Shown here: one piece after another, positions 1 to 13,500 of the stretch
Position numbering within the stretch: the stretch's first letter is position 1
Layout of the letters: every line of letters starts with the position of its first letter
DNA from: Phoronis australis
Taxonomy: Eukaryota > Animalia > Phoronida
Length of the DNA stretch: 64,000 bases
Assembly: GCA_002633005.1 (NCBI GenBank)
Contig: NMRA01000983.1
Location: 1-64,000, forward strand
Direction: 5' to 3'
The notes under the pieces: model-generated
Told to the model about the DNA's origin: nothing
The model's input: the letters and a program-made list of their open reading frames with translations, nothing else
Databases searched by the model: none
Position numbers and translations under genes: made by a program

Positions 1-405
1 CACTAAATTTAACTCTAACCCTTACCCTAAACCTTACCCTAACCCTAACCCAACCCTAACCCTAACCCTAACCCAAACCTTAACCCCAACACCAACCCCA
101 AACTTAAACCTAGCCCTAACCCCAACCCCATCCTCAACTCCAACCCTTACCCTAAACCTAACTCTTATCCTAACCCAACCCTAACGCTAACCTTATTCCA
201 AACCTTAACCCCACCACCAACCTCAAACTTTAACCTAACCCTATCCTCAACCTCATCCTTAACCCCAACCCCAACCCTAACAACAACCCTAACCCTTACC
301 CTAAACCAAACCCCAGCCACAGCCATAGCCCCAGCCCCAGTCCCATCCCTAGCCCTAGACGTAGCCCTAAACCTGACCCTAACCCTAACCCTAACATTAA
401 CTCTA
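1..405 (-). repeat. Degenerate telomere-like (CCCTAA)n/(TTAGGG)n tract
   Basis: Runs of ccctaa mixed with ccccaa, ccttaa and ccctag variants from base 1 to ~405. Confidence 0.8.
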
Positions 406-2245
406 ACCGTTGGTTTTCCGTTTCAACTGAGGACGTGGAATCTACGTCAATTTCGCTGTGGTTCGGGAGTAGGTCAATTTCGTGCAGTTTTGCAACGATT
501 GACAAAAAGCAACCGTTGAAAGTCGGGTTATTTCTTTTTTTTCCTACTAAGGGGTGGCCAGAGGACCTAGGAAGTAGCGGCATTGATTTTCAACGGTGAG
601 TTTTCCGGCAATAAACGTTTCAAGCGAGGACGTTGAATCTCCGGCAATTTCGCTGTGGTTCGGGGTAGGCCAAAATCGTACAGAAATCTGCGCCGATTGA
701 CCAAAACTCAACCGTTGAAAGTCGTTTTTTTTTCTATTTTCCAACTAAAGGATGGCGAGAGGATCTGGGAATGGAAGGGCATCGATTTTCAACAATTGAT
801 TTTTCGGCAAAAGACGTTTCTACTGAGGACGCGTAGTCTGGCAGTTTCGCTGTGGTTCCTCGTAGGTCAATGTCGTGCCAAGTTCTGCGCAGATTGACGA
901 AAACCCACTATATGTTTTTTTTTTCTATTTTGCTACTCAGGAATGGCCATAAGTCCCAGGAATGGATAGGCATCGAGCTTCAGTAGTTGTGTTTCCGGCA
1001 ATAGACGTTTCAATTGGTGACGCGGAATCTCCGACAATTTCGCTGTCATTCTGTGTAGGGCACAATTGTGCAAAGTTCTGCGCCGATTTACGAAAACTCA
1101 GCCGTTGAAAGTCGTGTTTTTTTCTTTGTCCTACAAAGGGACGGCTAGAGGACCTAGGAATGGAGGGGCATCGAGTTTCAACGGTTGGTTTTCTGGCAAT
1201 AAACGTTTCAAGTGAGGAAGCGGAATCTCCGGCAACTTCGCTGTGGTTCAGGATAGGGCAAAATTGTGCAACGCGCTGCGCTGACTGATGAAAACTCAAC
1301 CTTTGAAAGTCGTTTTTTTTTCTATATTCCTACTGAGGGATGGTTAGTGGACACAGAAATGGAGGGGCGTCGATTTTCAACGGTTGGTTTTCCGGCGATA
1401 TACGAGTGAGAACGCGGAATCTCCGGCAATTTCGCTGTGGTTCGGGATAGGGGAAACTCGTGCAAAGTTCTGCGCCGATTAACGAAAACTCAACAGTTGA
1501 AAGTCTGGTTTTTGTCTATTTCCATATTAAATGACGGCCAGACTACCCAGGAATGGAGGGGCATCGATTTTCAATCGTTGGTTTTCCGGCGATGGACGTT
1601 TCAATTGAGGACGCAGAATCTCCGGCGATTTCGATGGAGGTCGGAGTAAGGCAAAATCGTGAAAAGTTCTGCGCCAATTAACAAAAACGTAATCGTTAAA
1701 AGTCGTTTTTTTCTCTTTTCCTACTCAGGCCTGGCCAGAGGACCTAGGAGTTGAGGGGCATCTATTTTCCATGGTTGATTTTCCGGCAATAGTTGTTTCA
1801 ATTAATGACGCGGAGTTTCCGGCAATTTCTCAGTGGTTTGGGGTAGGGCAAAATCGTTCAAAAATCTTTGCTGATTGACGAAAACTCAACCGTTGAAAGT
1901 CGTTTTTTTCATTTTTCAACTAATGGAAGGCCAAAGGATCTAAGAATTGAGGGGCATCGATTTTCAACGGTTGGTTTTCCGGTAGTAGTCTTTCAAGTGA
2001 TGGCGCGGAATATCCGGCAATTTCGCTGTGGTTCGGTTTTAGGCAAAATTGTGCAAAGTACCTCGCCGATTGACGAAAGCTCAATTGCTAAAAGTCGGAT
2101 TTTTTCCATTTTCCTATTAAGGGCAAGCCAAATGACCAAAGATTGGATGGGCATAGATTTTCAAGGGTTCGTTTTCCGGCAATAGACGTTTCAAATGAGG
2201 ACGCCAAATCTCCGGCAATTTCGCAGTGGTTTTGCGTTGGGCAGA
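406..2245. repeat. Tandem satellite, ~197-bp unit, ~9 diverged copies (possibly subtelomeric)
   Basis: The motif ttttccggcaata(a/g)acgtttcaa recurs near 607, 806, 997, 1195, 1394, 1588, 1784, 1981 and 2178. The short ORFs here are repeat artefacts. Confidence 0.9.
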
Positions 2246-2446
2246 TGTTCAGATTGTGCCTTGAAAGTCGGGCGCTCGACTTGTAAGTCGGGCGTTCAAT
2301 ATCTAAGTCCTTTCCCAGCCTCTGTTGTGCTCCCTTGGGGTTGCCACAGACGCATAAGGCGAAGAAGTGTGCTCGTGTGCTCTGTACTAACACACGAATC
2401 TCGTTTTTAATCCGGCCATTGTCTGTTGACACCGTAAATTCGCTTA

Positions 2447-5400
2447 TAATTTCGAGAGCCTGCAGGAGTTTATTCACGCTTTTGAGTGCAAAATGTTTGA
2501 GTGCTTAATTCTATTGTATATTTCCAACCATCGAAGGAAAGGGGCATCTTCAGTTGCGCAGTCCTGGGATTTGGTCCATCTTGGGTCCAAAAGAGGGCCA
2601 AAAAGTCCATTTAATTAAACTTCCGAGTGCAACAACCGTTTCAAGTTTATTTTATTCTAATCAAGACACGAAAATTCCTGGGATTCTTAATTAAGACGAC
2701 AACTAATTAACGACCAATTAACGATTTATTTAAATTTTTTGAGTGCTTCAAAAATTCTTTTTCCAAAATATAGTTTACTAACTCTGGAAATCATATCCAC
2801 AACATAAGACGCAATTTATCCTGGGGTTTACAGAAAACACGTGGATGTTGTGGCCCCAGGGGATAATAGGACCCCAAAATTAACTTGTATTAAAGAGTAA
2901 ATGCAAAAATTTTGATTAATACTATGGATAAAGTATTATTTCAAATGAAGAAAAGTACCAGTTATGACGTGAAAAACTATTGTGGTGTTAATTAATACAA
3001 TTATTAATTAACGACCAATCAGCGATTTATTTAAACTTTTGAGTATAATAAATATAAAAATTCTTATTCCAAAAGATAGTTTAGTAACTCTGGCAACCAT
3101 ATCCACCACTTAAAAAGCGATTTTCCTGGGGTCCACAGATAGGACGGGTGGTGTTTTTACCCCAGGGGAAAAGAAAATCCCAAAAATGAACTTGTATAGA
3201 AATGAATTGCGAAAATTTTGATTTCAACTATGGGTAAAGCATTATTTCAAATGAACAAAAAATACTAGTTATGACATAAAAAACGTTTGTGTTGTTTATT
3301 TGTTTATTTATTAATGCAATTTTTACAATGAAGATAGCCCATCATTTCACACTGCTTTTGGCGGCCCTCAGACACTTTTAGATTAATGATCAATTAACAA
3401 TTTATTTATTAAACTTTTTAAATGCAACAAAAATTCTTTTTCCGAAAGATAGTTTAGTAACACTGGTCACCATTTCCACAACTTAAGACGCACTTTTCCC
3501 TGGGGTTTGCAGATAAGGCGGGGGGGCTATTTGATCCCCGAGGGATGAGAAGACTCAAAAACGAATTTGTATGGAAAGGAATTACAATTTCGATCACTAA
3601 TATAGTCAAAATACAACTTTAGGAATGAAACATTCCGGAGTTATTAATAACAAAACTTACGGATGAACTATCAATTAACGGCTTACTCTCAAATACAAAT
3701 GTACAAAAACGGAATTTAAGACACACCTGGGGACACTAACTAAGCTGAAATCAAATATCAATTGCAGTGCATGGGATTGTAATGCATGACATACACCTGT
3801 AGTCTATTGGTTCATGTGATTAAACTGAAATCCAATAGGTAATTCACTCTGTTGCAATGTAACTGCAACCATCAAATTCGTGATGGTCGTCACTTTCTTT
3901 ACCAGATGATTCCATTTTTGTGTAGAAGATCAAGATTTTCGTCCATCTTACTCCATACTATCATGTCTTAGCATCGCCACCATTGTCATCTAGCTATGTT
4001 TCAACTTAAATTTGTGGAATTAGTGCAGGATGCATTTATTCTCCACAGAACCAGTGATGCGAAAGTTACCGTCAATATTTTTCCATCCATCTAGAAGTGG
4101 ACTGTAGAAGTTGCTTGACTAATCCTTGGTGAAAAAGACGGTTAGTTCGCGTTTAAACGCTTCTTCTCGAGTTGTTTCTTGAAGCTCGAGTCTTCTGTTC
4201 AAGGCCTTCTATAACAAGTTCCCCTCCTACAACAGCTATCTGCACTCTCGCTCACTGTCCTTTTGTGGATGGCCGTTCATATGTATCAAACTTGATGTCG
4301 ACTCTTTGTGACGTACATGTATACGCCAAGCTGGTAACAGCTCCACATACGTTGCAGGCTGATCTGGCGACAGGCAGTGGAATTGAAAATTGCCGTCAAT
4401 AAAATGAATACCTACACAAGATCGGCTGCTATGGTAACTTAGGGTCCTTTCCAGATATTGGAACAATTTGCAATTGGCTTTTATTTGTGTACGCCATCAT
4501 CCCATCATTGTTACACATTGACAGTGGCGCCGGTGTCAGAGAAAATGAGAATACATGCTCGAAATCAATGTCGCTTGTTGGCGCTGTGAAGGCAATGCGG
4601 CGAAGAAGTGCACTACTACATCTTAGGTATGCCTCCGTTGCGTTTTTGTTCGATTTCTATTTTTTTCATTTACAAATGTGCGAAAAGGATTTTTACGAAA
4701 CGGTTTTTCGATGCGCTCTGCACTTTCGAGGCATTCTTGGACAAAACTTTCATGTCTGTTTTGCTGCGTTCTGGAATGATTAACAATGATGTACTCGTGA
4801 CATCTGTTACACCCTTTGCACTGTTGTTGTTGATGAGATGGAAGCTTGGATCAAGTGTGAAAGGATTGGCACTAGAATCAATCTGATTGATTATATTTTA
4901 ATACCGTCATTCTATTTCCTCATAATTCTGACTGGACTGAAGTCAGTTTGAGAGTCTCTTGTATACCCCATTCCGACCACAGTGAGAGCTGCATTCAAAA
5001 TCGCAGTTTGGCTGCTCTTGGTAACACTCCACCGTACTCTGGAATTGTAGTTGTTTGTGGACAATGTATATCCTGTCATTCGGGAAGCGGCATCAGCATT
5101 CGCGCAAATTCATGTTTCGATCGTCTGACTGAAAAACCTCCAGGAAGAGAACTACCTAAATTCATCAAGTCAAGTTGGAATTTTGACATTCAGCTTCCAA
5201 AGTTCTGTCTGTTTGTTGCAAAAACATGGTGGCGAAGAGATCAATATTTGTTTCTCTTACTGCGCGTTCGACAGTGTGGTAGATGTGTACATGTATGTAT
5301 AGGATATGCATTGCTGTTTAACCAAGATCTCCAGTTCCACCGCTCTTCTAGCTTCAAATAGCTCTAACAATAGTGTTGAGCTAAAGATACCATCAACATC

Positions 5401-7348
5401 TTCCCTCACTCTTTTCTAGGGACACATTCTGCAATTCCAGGAGAACCAAGCCTGCGTTATCATACTCTTTCATGAACCGGCGGAAGAGTAATGTTTTTAA
5501 TGCAAGGTTAGCATTGGGTGCAGTTGTTTACACCGATTGTAGCTTTAACATTCTAAGCGTCTCAGAGATCCCGGTGCTAATACACCCGAGTCTGTTAACA
5601 TCGCTGGTCCACCCTATTCTGGGTTAAACTTCCCAATGGCTCTAAAGTAACACATAAGAGTATGGAATACCCCTAACATTATTAAAGACTTTTTCGAACT
5701 CTGGCTGACTGGTGACGTGGATTCGATGTGCAGCCTTTGCAACATCTAGATCATATGTTACCAGAACATACATCTGGCAACATTCCTCTGCACACTATAG
5801 GGCTGTGCTCTTGTGTCCACAACGTCATTTTTTGTGATGGGTTCGCTCAGTTTCGGCATTTGCTTTGGCACCTTATCTTTGTGAAGACCTGCGTTAAATC
5901 CAATCTACATTGGCGTAGTTTCTGAATTGAGGTTGTGGCGTACGAGAAACAGTGTGTCCAATTTTCGTGCGCGACCAGAAATTTCAGGAAGCTTGCTAAA
6001 CTTGGTGTCAGGGTATAGAAACGGGTTAATCTGTGGCTTCTTGCGATTAAAGAAAAAACTAATTGCTCGATGATTATTGGTTATTAATTAAAACCCCCAC
6101 TACTTTTCATGTCTTATCTTGCGAATGCCTTATTCCCTTTGGATTAAAATTCTATTTATAGCACCAGTCAAAATGTTTGCACTTCCCTGTTATGCAAGTT
6201 CGGTATTGTCCCTCGGGATCCAGACACCCTTGTCTTATCTGCAAACCCCAGGAAAATTTAAGTCTTAAAATGTGCACATGGTGCCCAGAGTAACTAAACA
6301 GTCTTTTGGAAAAAGAATTTATTTGTTGCACTTAAAAAATTTAAATAGATCGTTAGTTGGTCATTAAATTATAAGTGTCTCAATTAACAACACAAATGTT
6401 TTCATGTCATAACTATAATTTTTGTTCGTTTGAAATAATGTTTCATCCATAGTAGTAATAAACATTTTCGCATTTTCTCTTTAAATGTACAGGTTTATTT
6501 TTTGGGGTTTACTCATCCCCTGGGGTCAAAACACCGCCTTCTTATCTGTAAACCACAGGAAATTCGCGTTTTAAGTTGTGGATATGGTGTCCAGAGTTAC
6601 CAAACTATCTTTTGGAAAAATAATTTTATTGCACTCAAAAATTAAAATCAATCGTTAATAGGTCGTTTAATTAATAAGTGTCTTAATTAAAAACACAATA
6701 GTTTTTCATGTCATAACTGGTGGATATGGTGTCCAGATTTACTAAACTATTTTTTGGAAAAATAATTTTTGTTGCACTCAAAAGTTTTAATAAATCGTTT
6801 ATTGGTAACTAATTGATAAGTGTCTTAATTAAGAACACAATAGTTTTTCATGTCATAACTGGTATTTTTCTTCATTTGAAATAATATTTTATCCATAGTA
6901 GTACTCAAAATGCTCGCATTTCCTCTTTAATACAAGTTCATTTTGGGGTCTTCTTAGCCCCTAGGTTCAAAACTCTCCCCGTCTTATCTGTAAACCTTTT
7001 GGAAAAGAATTTTTGTTGCACTCAAAAGTTTAAATATATCATTTATTTGTCATTAATTAGTAGGCGTCTTAATTAATAACCCCAGGCAATTTCGAGCCTT
7101 AAGTTGCATTCTTTCAATTTGGGTACTGATTAGCATGAAATTAACTTGAAACGGATGTTGCACTCGAAATTTTAGTTAAGTGGATTTTTGGTTCTCTTTT
7201 GGACCCCACAGGGACCAAAGCTCAGGATTGCGCAACTTAAGATTCCCCTTTCCTTCAATTGTTGATTGTTTACATTAGACATACAATGTAAGCACTCACA
7301 CCTTTTGCACTCAAAAGAGTGAGTAAACTCCTGCTGGCTCTCCAACTA
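2447..7348 (-). mobile_element. Decayed AcademX-like DNA transposon with ~1.2-kb sub-repeated TIRs
   Basis: Left end taatttcgagagcctgcaggagtttattcacgcttttgagtgcaaaa matches the reverse complement of the right end ...ttttgcactcaaaagagtgagtaaactcctgctggctctccaacta. TIRs span ~2447-3680 and ~6050-7348 with internal sub-repeats; the right end finishes in CTA. Confidence 0.8.
3780..5990 (-). pseudogene. Frameshifted Academ transposase / XPG(PIN)-like nuclease remnant
   Basis: Minus-strand pieces: MLGVFHTLMCYFRAIGK (~5680-5630), LTDSGVLAPGSL..SYNRCKQLHP, FIDGNFQFHCL..PATY and KDSERECR. These match Academ LGxFH / YNR..H and PIN-like IDG motifs; many stops. Confidence 0.75.
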
Positions 7349-8281
7349 CATTGATTCCCAATCCTCCATAAGATGATTGGCAATAATCGGTGACGTGTTG
7401 CTTACTGTAGTAGCTGTCGTATCAGTGGCTGTTTTAACTTCCCTACATTCTGTGTGGCGAGTAAATAACAAAGTACAAGATTTTCGTTCAGGGGATATCA
7501 TCATTGGAGTATCATGGAACCGTTGTGGCACAAAACACGAATTCCGAAGAAAAGTGCCAATGATAATACAGTTTAAATAACAAGCGAATTACAGATATTT
7601 TACTGTAAAACAAGTTGAAACAAAATCATCTGCATGCTAAAATCTCAACCAAAACGAAAGAAAATATTGAGATAATCGCATGAGGCAACACAAAGCCGTA
7701 AAAAATTCAGAAGTATGGACCATTCTCAATATAGTGAAATCTGTATTACAGAAGTCCTTAAGATTATTCACTACAGATAACAAGACTAACAACTTATTAG
7801 ATAGCTGCCATGAAGGGAACTATACACTGTACTTGACTCTAGAGAAAATACATGAAACATCCACGGTTAATTAGTTATCAAATATCTAAAACACAGGAAT
7901 GTTTTCTTTGGTTATGAGATCCAAAGAAGATGCCATCTTATCTCTCGCTAATAGTCGTCAGTTTCGTCACAAAGTGTCCACCATTTTTTTCTCCACCACA
8001 TAAGAGATTGCCAGGGAGTGTGCTCCACTTTGTACTCTGCAAAACGATTCACTTTCAGGACAGGGTAACCTGTACCCCTTCCCCAAGCTTCCAGGTCTGT
8101 GACGTTCGAGATGTTAATGTCACGCATGAAAGTGACGTTGAAGTTAAAGCAATAGCATCGATTTGTTGTGAGGTTGTGATTGGGTATATTAGGAATGGCA
8201 ACTGACTGTATCAAAGCCTCAAAATTTCGAGTTTAAAAGTTTTAAAGACGGCCCAGTTTGTGACTTTGCCCCAATCACTGT

Positions 8282-10590
8282 TCAAGCTTCCTCTGTGTGC
8301 ATCGTGATTCCATATAAAGGGTTCGAATGCTGCACGGACTGCGATGCATTTCGCTTTACATCATTGTTTGTGTCGTCAAGAGGCACGCTATTCTTGTTGC
8401 CGCTTGATCGTCGTCTACAAGTTATCACTGCGGCAGACGACACGACAACGACTATCAGTACTGCTGTTCCCCCAGCAGCACCTGCGATTATAGCCACGTT
8501 TGACGAGGTCTCCTCATTTTCAGCAACCTGTTGCGACGTGTCCGGAGTCCGGACTTCAACAGTAGATGTTGTTTTTACAATACTGGTCGTTGGCAATGGG
8601 CTAGTTATTCTTCGTTTTATTGTTATGGGTTTTGTGGTGTTAAAGTGTATCGACGAAGTTTGCATATTCATCGGTCGTGTAGTAGTGGTATCATAACTTC
8701 TCTGACGCGTTGTTTGTTCTATCATGGAAGTGCGTTTTTGATTTTTAGCATGTGTTACATTTGAGTGTGAGGATGTAGTGCGACTTTGTGTTTTGGTGGT
8801 TCGAGTAATTCCTTGCGTTGCAAACGACGTGGCTGTCGTTTCTGGCTGTACGATTGAACTGGTGTAGTTGTAAAACCTACTTGATATACTTTCATGCGAT
8901 TTAGTTGAAACCTCGACGATAGTACTTAAAACAGATTTCCCTGACGTCGTCTGCGGGAATGTCGCTGCTACCGGTGTCTCTATAGCATTTGCACAAGTGT
9001 TGCCTGTGTAGCCCGGACGACAAACGCATTTAAATCTATTGATTCCATCCAAACAGCTTCCGTTGTGGAGACAAGGTCCAGACAAACATTCGTTGACTTC
9101 AGTTGAACAGTTTTTGCCAATAAAGCCAGGAGGACAAAAGCACGTGTAATCGCCACTCTCTTCAACACAAGATCCATTATTGAGGCATGGGTTAATCTTG
9201 CACTCGTCGATGTCTGTTTCGCATCTGCTTCCAGTAAATCCGTCAATACATTTGCATACGTAAGAATTCACACCATCAATACACGATCCATTATTCTTAC
9301 AGGCATGTTGCACACAATCATCAATATCATGATCACAATGGGCTCCAGAGAATCCAACAACACAATCACATGAGTATGCGTTTACCAGGTCCCTACAAGT
9401 GGCATTATTCTCACACGGACTTGATGCGCAGTCATCGACAATGACCTTGCAGTTGTGCCCTGAGATGCCAGGTGGACATGTGCACGTATATCCGTCTATT
9501 TCGTCCGCACAAGTCCCGCCGTTTGCGCAAGGGTCAGATGCACAATCGCCGACGTTCATCTGGCACTGGTGTCCTGCAAAACCGATAGCGCAGACACACG
9601 TGAAGTTATCCACGCCACTGATGCATGTGCCGCCATTTAGACATGGGGCATTTGAACAGACACCAATGCTTATCTCACAAGTTCGTCCTGAGTAAACTTT
9701 TCCACAAGTGCACGTAAAGTTGGAAACTCCGTCGTGACAAGTTCCGCCGTTTTGACATGGGTTTGGTGCACAGTCATCTATGTTGTGTTCACATCCTCGC
9801 CCAGTGTAGCCTTCTCGGCACGTACAAGAATAATTGGCAGTCAAATCGAAGCAAGCACCACCGTTTTTACAAGGATTTGGCAAACAGTCATTAATGTTCG
9901 TCTCGCACCTTTCTCCTGAATAACCGTCGAGACAAACGCAGGTGAAGTCATCAATTGCATCTTTGCAACTAGCGCCATTTTTGCACGGAAATGACTCACA
10001 CTCGTTAGTATTAACTTCGCACGTTCTTCCTGAGTAACCGTTTTTGCAATCGCAAGTGAAATTCCGAAAACTATCTCTGCATACACCGCCATTTGCACAT
10101 GGGTTTGAGACACAATCATCAATGTCAACTTCGCAGTATTGACCAGTAAACCCTACCTGACACGAACACGTGAAGTCGTTAAAAAGATCCACACATGTGC
10201 CACCATTTTTACAGGAATTCGAGTTACAGTCGTCCACGTTAGTCTCACATTGCTTTCCACTGAACCCTGCTGGGCATATACATTGGAAGTCGTCGATTTT
10301 ATCTACGCATGTTGCTGTGTTCTTGCAAGGATTTGACATACAGTCGTCTACATTATTCTGGCAAAGCTTGCCATCAAATCCCGCTAAGCACGAGCACGTG
10401 ACATTGTCACCCGTAGCGAGGCATGTACCGCCATTGCTGCAGGTCACCGCTTCGCAAACATCTACCGCTGTCTCACAGTGAAAGCCCGAATATCCCTTAG
10501 GACACGCACACGTGTAAGAAATGGTGTACGTGGCTTTGTCGACTAGATCCTGACACGTTCCACCATTTTTGCACGTAACATTTGCGCAAG
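8282..10590 (-). CDS. Terminal exon: 14 EGF-like repeats (many Ca-binding type), Thr/Ser-rich stalk, TM helix, tail with NPLY
   Basis: Acceptor tttttcag|CTTGC (AG at 10592-10591, phase 1). Repeats such as DIDDCVSNPCANGGVC; TM VAIIAGAAGGTAVLIVVVVSSAAVITC followed by RRR; stop at 8282. Confidence 0.93.
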
Positions 10591-13500
10591 CTGAAAAAGT
10601 GTTACATGCCATAAATTGAAGTGTTTGGACACATCTACATGTACACGTGACCAACAAACTTTGACAACAACAACAATAAACTAGAAAGATTATTGTGACG
10701 GCGTGACAATAATGGACTCTGCGCGTGCGTATTGCTGAATTGTTTTGGGAAGTTACTGACAACAACCCGTTTATTAATATGAAAAGGAATTCTTTAAAAT
10801 TGTAGGAGAAATTACATGTTAATATTTTGATGACCTTTCCGCTAATTGACCTCTTCCGGTGCATTATGAAACCATATGAGAGAATAATTGTGAACTCGAT
10901 TAAAAGTGTGGTTAATGCTAAAAATCACAGATGTTTTACTTTGAGCACTTCGGAATACAAGATGAAGGAATTGGTCAAACTTTCTGAAGAAAATACACCT
11001 AATGACCATGAGTGCACTAAATGACCTGATAATTTAGAATTCAAACTCAATCACATTTACTAAACAGACATGTTATTTTGAAGTCTCTAGCTCAAAATTT
11101 TAGTTTGCACTCAATGACCTTCGACCTATTTTTCTGATTGGTTAGGCCTATTGCATAGTAAAGTAGGACGTTCGATTGGCATAGTGACTTACACCAGTGT
11201 GCTGAACTTGAAAAGAATTCCTTGAAAAACGTAAGATATATCGTTTTGAACGTTAGATGATCTTTGCAATAATAGACCCAATCCAGTGCAACATAAGCGT
11301 CTTTAGGATTATTATTGAAAAGCCCATGAAAAATGTGCTTTATGCTGAGAATCACAGTTGTCTAGCGGTTGACGCATCAGAATACTTGCTGAATGAAAAG
11401 GTTAACTTTTCAGAAGAAAAATGCACCTAATGACCCCAAGTTTGCACAAAATGACCTGAAACTTTGGATTCCGTATTGAATTACCTGTGCCAATCAGACA
11501 TGTCAATTTGAAGTGTCTAGCTCAAAATTTTAGTTTGCACCTAATGACCTTTGACCTATTTCACCTGATTGGATGACCCGATTACTTAGAAAAGTAATAT
11601 TTTAAATTGCCTTATTGACTTACACATGTGCACCGAATTTGAAAAGAATAGCTTTAAAAATGAAGTAGCAGCATTTTGAAAATTATATGACCTTTGCACC
11701 AAATGACCTATTCCGGTGAAATATGGAATATGATTATATAACGAATCAAAATTTATGTTTTGCCAAAAATCACATGCAGAATATAAAGAACATACCTGCG
11801 CCCATTTTGGAGTTATTAAGTGTCAAAGTTGGTCGGAAGAAGAATAAGAAGAATACGAGAAATAAGAATAAAATTGAAGAAAACCCAGAAACAACAGTAC
11901 TCTGCGCTTACACGCGCAGAGTAATATGAATAAGATGAAGCATAAAATTAAAGAAAACCCAGGAACAACAGTACTCTGCGCTTACACGCGCAGAGTTATA
12001 CGAACTAGAAAGATTATTGTCATGGCGTGACAATAATGGAGTCTGCGCGTGCGTATTACTGGAATTGTAAAGGGTATTTGTTGACAGCAACCCGTTTACC
12101 AATATGAAAAGGAATTCTTTAAAATTGTAGGAGAAATTACTGTTAATATTTTAATGACCTTTCCACTAATTGACCTCTTCCGTCCAACATTTTGAACGTT
12201 GGTTGACCTTTGCACTATATGATCCTATACGGTGCATTATAAGCATCTTTAGGAGAATTAGTGCAAAGCCCGTGAAAAGTGTGATTATTGCTGAGAATCA
12301 CAGTTGTCTAACGGTTGACACATCAGAATACTAGGTGAAAGAAAAGGACAAATTTTCAGAACAAAATTTTACCTAACGACCCCATTATTACACTAAATGA
12401 CCTGAAAATTTGTATTTCGAATTGAATTAGACGTACCAATCAGACTTGTGAATTTGAAATGTCTGGCTCAAAAATTTAGTTTGCACCTAATGACCTTGAC
12501 CTGTTTTGTCTGATAGGATGATTCGATTACTTAGAAAAGTATATTTTTAAATTTTCATGTTGACTTATACCTGTGCACCGAATTTAAAAAACATAGCTTT
12601 AAAACTGAAGAAGGAATAGCATTTTGAAAATTATATGACCTTTGCAGCAAACGACCTCTTCCTCGCCTCCGATCTTCACCAATTATCTCCGGATTTAACT
12701 GTTAGGCAAAGAAACCGCAGGATGTCAGCCACCACAAATTGTCATTTTTATCTGAATACGTTACCCAATAAAACATTTAAATGATGATTTTTACCTCCAG
12801 GTGCTAAAACATGAACGGCCTAAACCACTCTTTACGGGGTACAAATGTAACGTAAGAAACTACAGCGTGGGGTAAAATAAAACGTACGAAACTATAGCGT
12901 GGGGTGCAAATGTAACGTAAGAAACTACAGCGTGGGGTAAAATAAAACGTACGAAACTATAGCGTGGGGTGCAACATCCTGTGAAACACTGGAAGATATA
13001 GCATCATCAGCTCGACTGTAAGTATACGGAAACTTCGCTTCTAGTGAAAATGGGGTTCAAGGTTAAGATGCACAGTATTAGGGTTCTGTGGAGGTAGTTT
13101 CACTCGATTAGACCCTTGCTTTGAAGGTACAATTTGAAAGAGTGGTGTCCGGATTGTATTACACTGCCTTAAGGGCTGTTTCGAACTTATGTGTTGACTC
13201 TATAGACTTTAGGTTGAAACACGGTGGCATGTTTTTCTGATGACTGAAAATCATCAATCAACTGAAGTCAAAATTCTATAAAAAACGATTTCTTATTCAT
13301 TCATTTCAGATTAGAAAAATCATCTAGTGCACCTGTCGGATGATACAACTAAACCGAAAGTCAAATATCTAAATATCTAATTTCATTGAAGCACCATACT
13401 TCTCTTACACGATTAGCTTTTTAGTATCGAGAAAATCGTCTGTGAATCAGTCGATTATTTTAAGTACATCAACATGTAAATCGCAAACTAATGAATAACA

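Noticed and set aside
296-2410. ORFs with GLGLG or repeated NHSEI peptides
   Set aside because: Translations of the telomere-like tract and the satellite.
7930-8214. Extra coding exon or LINE tail downstream of the EGF gene
   Set aside because: Only a faint FCRVQSGAHSLAI resemblance to a LINE C-terminus; insufficient.
8282-10590. Calling the gene Notch, Delta, Crumbs or fibropellin
   Set aside because: No LNR/ankyrin, DSL, LamG, CUB or avidin domain, so no gene symbol is given.
10591-10864. N-terminal ~91 aa of the 860-aa ORF (MHRKRSISG...) as a signal or leader
   Set aside because: It is intron plus HINE-repeat sequence (the same peptide recurs at 31512-31856); the real exon starts at the 10590 acceptor.
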